DNA of 25,275 nucleotides from an archaeon (GTDB lineage Archaea; Thermoproteota; Nitrososphaeria_A; Caldarchaeales; Wolframiiraptoraceae): NCBI GenBank assembly GCA_029258815.1, contig JAPDJZ010000160.1, positions 1 to 25,275 of the forward strand, read 5' to 3'. Shown piece by piece: positions 24,275 to 25,275 of this stretch (position 1 is its first letter; each line of letters starts with the position of its first letter). The notes under the pieces were generated by a model. It saw only the letters and a program-made list of their open reading frames with translations, ran no database searches and was not told where the DNA came from. The position numbers and the translations under genes were made by a program.

Positions 24275-25275
24275 GCTCCTCGGGCTTGAAGACGCCCTTC
24301 TCCGTGATTATGTAGGAGACTAGGTCGGGTGGGGTTATGTCGAAGGCGGGGTTCCAGACCTCCACGCCCTCGGGCGCGATCCTCCTTCCATCAATATAGA
24401 GAACTTCCCTCGGATCCCTCTCCTCGATGATCACCTCCTCGACCCTGCTCTCGAAGTCTATGGTCGAGGTCGGGGCCGCCACCAAGAAGGGTATCCCGTA
24501 GTATTTCGCGGCTATGGCGTGGCTTAGGGTTCCGATCTTGTTTATCACGTGGCCCGTCTTGGCGATTATCCTATCCGCTCCGACGATCACCTTGCTCACC
24601 TCTCCGCGCTGCATCAGGAAGGCCGCCATGTTATCCGTTATCAGCTTGACCGGTATCCCATCCCGCATGAGCTCCCAAACCGTTAGCTTCGCCCCCTGAA
24701 GCCTCGGCCGGGTCTCGCAGGCGTAAACCCTTATCCTCTTCCCCTGAGCGTGCGCCGCTCTGATCACCCCGAGCGCCGTCCCGTAGCCAGCGGTCGCCAA
24801 AGCCCCGGCATTACAGTGGGTTAGGATTCCGTCCCCGTCTTCGATGAGCCTCGCCCCATACTCCCCCATCCGCTTATTCGCCTCAATATCCTCCTCCATT
24901 ATCTTGAGGGCTTCCTCGACCACCCTCCTCCTCGCCTCCTCCGCGGCCCTAGACGATTCGGCTACCCTCATCACCCGGTCCAGCGCCCAGAAGAGGTTTA
25001 CGGCGGTCGGCCTGCTAGCCCTCAAAACCATGTAGCTCTCCCTAAGCCTTTCGAGAAGCTTCTCCCGGCTCCTCGCCCTCGAGTAGTAGGCGGTTAGCGC
25101 GAGCCCCATGGCGGCCGCTACACCTATTGCGGGAGCGCCTCGGATAGCCATGTCTCGTATCGCTTTGGCGACCTGCCTCGCCGTCCTCAAGCGAAGATAC
25201 CTAACCGCGTGTGGAAGCTTTCGCTGATCGAGTATCTCGACGACTCCGCCTCGCCAGGCTATAGTCCTAACCTCC
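24249..25275 (-). CDS. mtnA: Methylthioribose-1-phosphate isomerase (5' end beyond window)
   Basis: LDQRKLP, MAIRGAPAIG, HCNAGALAT, ETRP, GADRI, NKIGT, NPAFDITP; frame open to the window edge. Confidence 0.9.
   Translation of the reverse strand, partial: EVRTIAWRGGVVEILDQRKLPHAVRYLRLRTARQVAKAIRDMAIRGAPAIGVAAAMGLALTAYYSRARSREKLLERLRESYMVLRASRPTAVNLFWALDRVMRVAESSRAAEEARRRVVEEALKIMEEDIEANKRMGEYGARLIEDGDGILTHCNAGALATAGYGTALGVIRAAHAQGKRIRVYACETRPRLQGAKLTVWELMRDGIPVKLITDNMAAFLMQRGEVSKVIVGADRIIAKTGHVINKIGTLSHAIAAKYYGIPFLVAAPTSTIDFESRVEEVIIEERDPREVLYIDGRRIAPEGVEVWNPAFDITPPDLVSYIITEKGVFKPEELRELGSVG

Noticed and set aside
1-25275. CRISPR array, transposase or IS, inteins in Cdc6 or DP1
   Set aside because: No regularly spaced repeats, no transposase motifs, and protein lengths leave no room for inteins

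Overview
Window from a high-GC archaeal chromosome. PolD small subunit, archaeal DnaG, Cdc6/Orc1 with ORB boxes, an Alu-containing SRP RNA and an intron-bearing tRNA point to a TACK-type thermophile such as Caldarchaeales/'Aigarchaeota' or Bathyarchaeia; the taxon is inferred, not proven. Most of it is housekeeping: pstSCAB and phoU, SRP RNA, a homocitrate-synthase-like enzyme with RAM domain, MFS transporter, dnaG, pelota, mntP, a B12 radical SAM protein, oriC-cdc6-DP1, an HD dNTPase, tmk, tRNA-Arg/Ser, VIT1 and mtnA. The unusual part is 9.1-11.2 kb. (i) An unannotated ~103-nt minus-strand RNA (9310-9412) is a complete box C/D guide RNA enclosed in a perfect bulge-helix-bulge splice motif with no tRNA exons. 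It is a candidate free-standing intron or circular guide RNA, and one guide is complementary to the tRNA-Ala 3' acceptor/CCA end. (ii) A solitary AT-rich Mrr-like nuclease lies just downstream of an intron-containing tRNA-Tyr. (iii) A decayed archaellum locus shows an archaellin C-terminus fused back-to-back with a putative ArlJ C-terminus at a short palindrome, next to a gene broken in a homopolymer tract.
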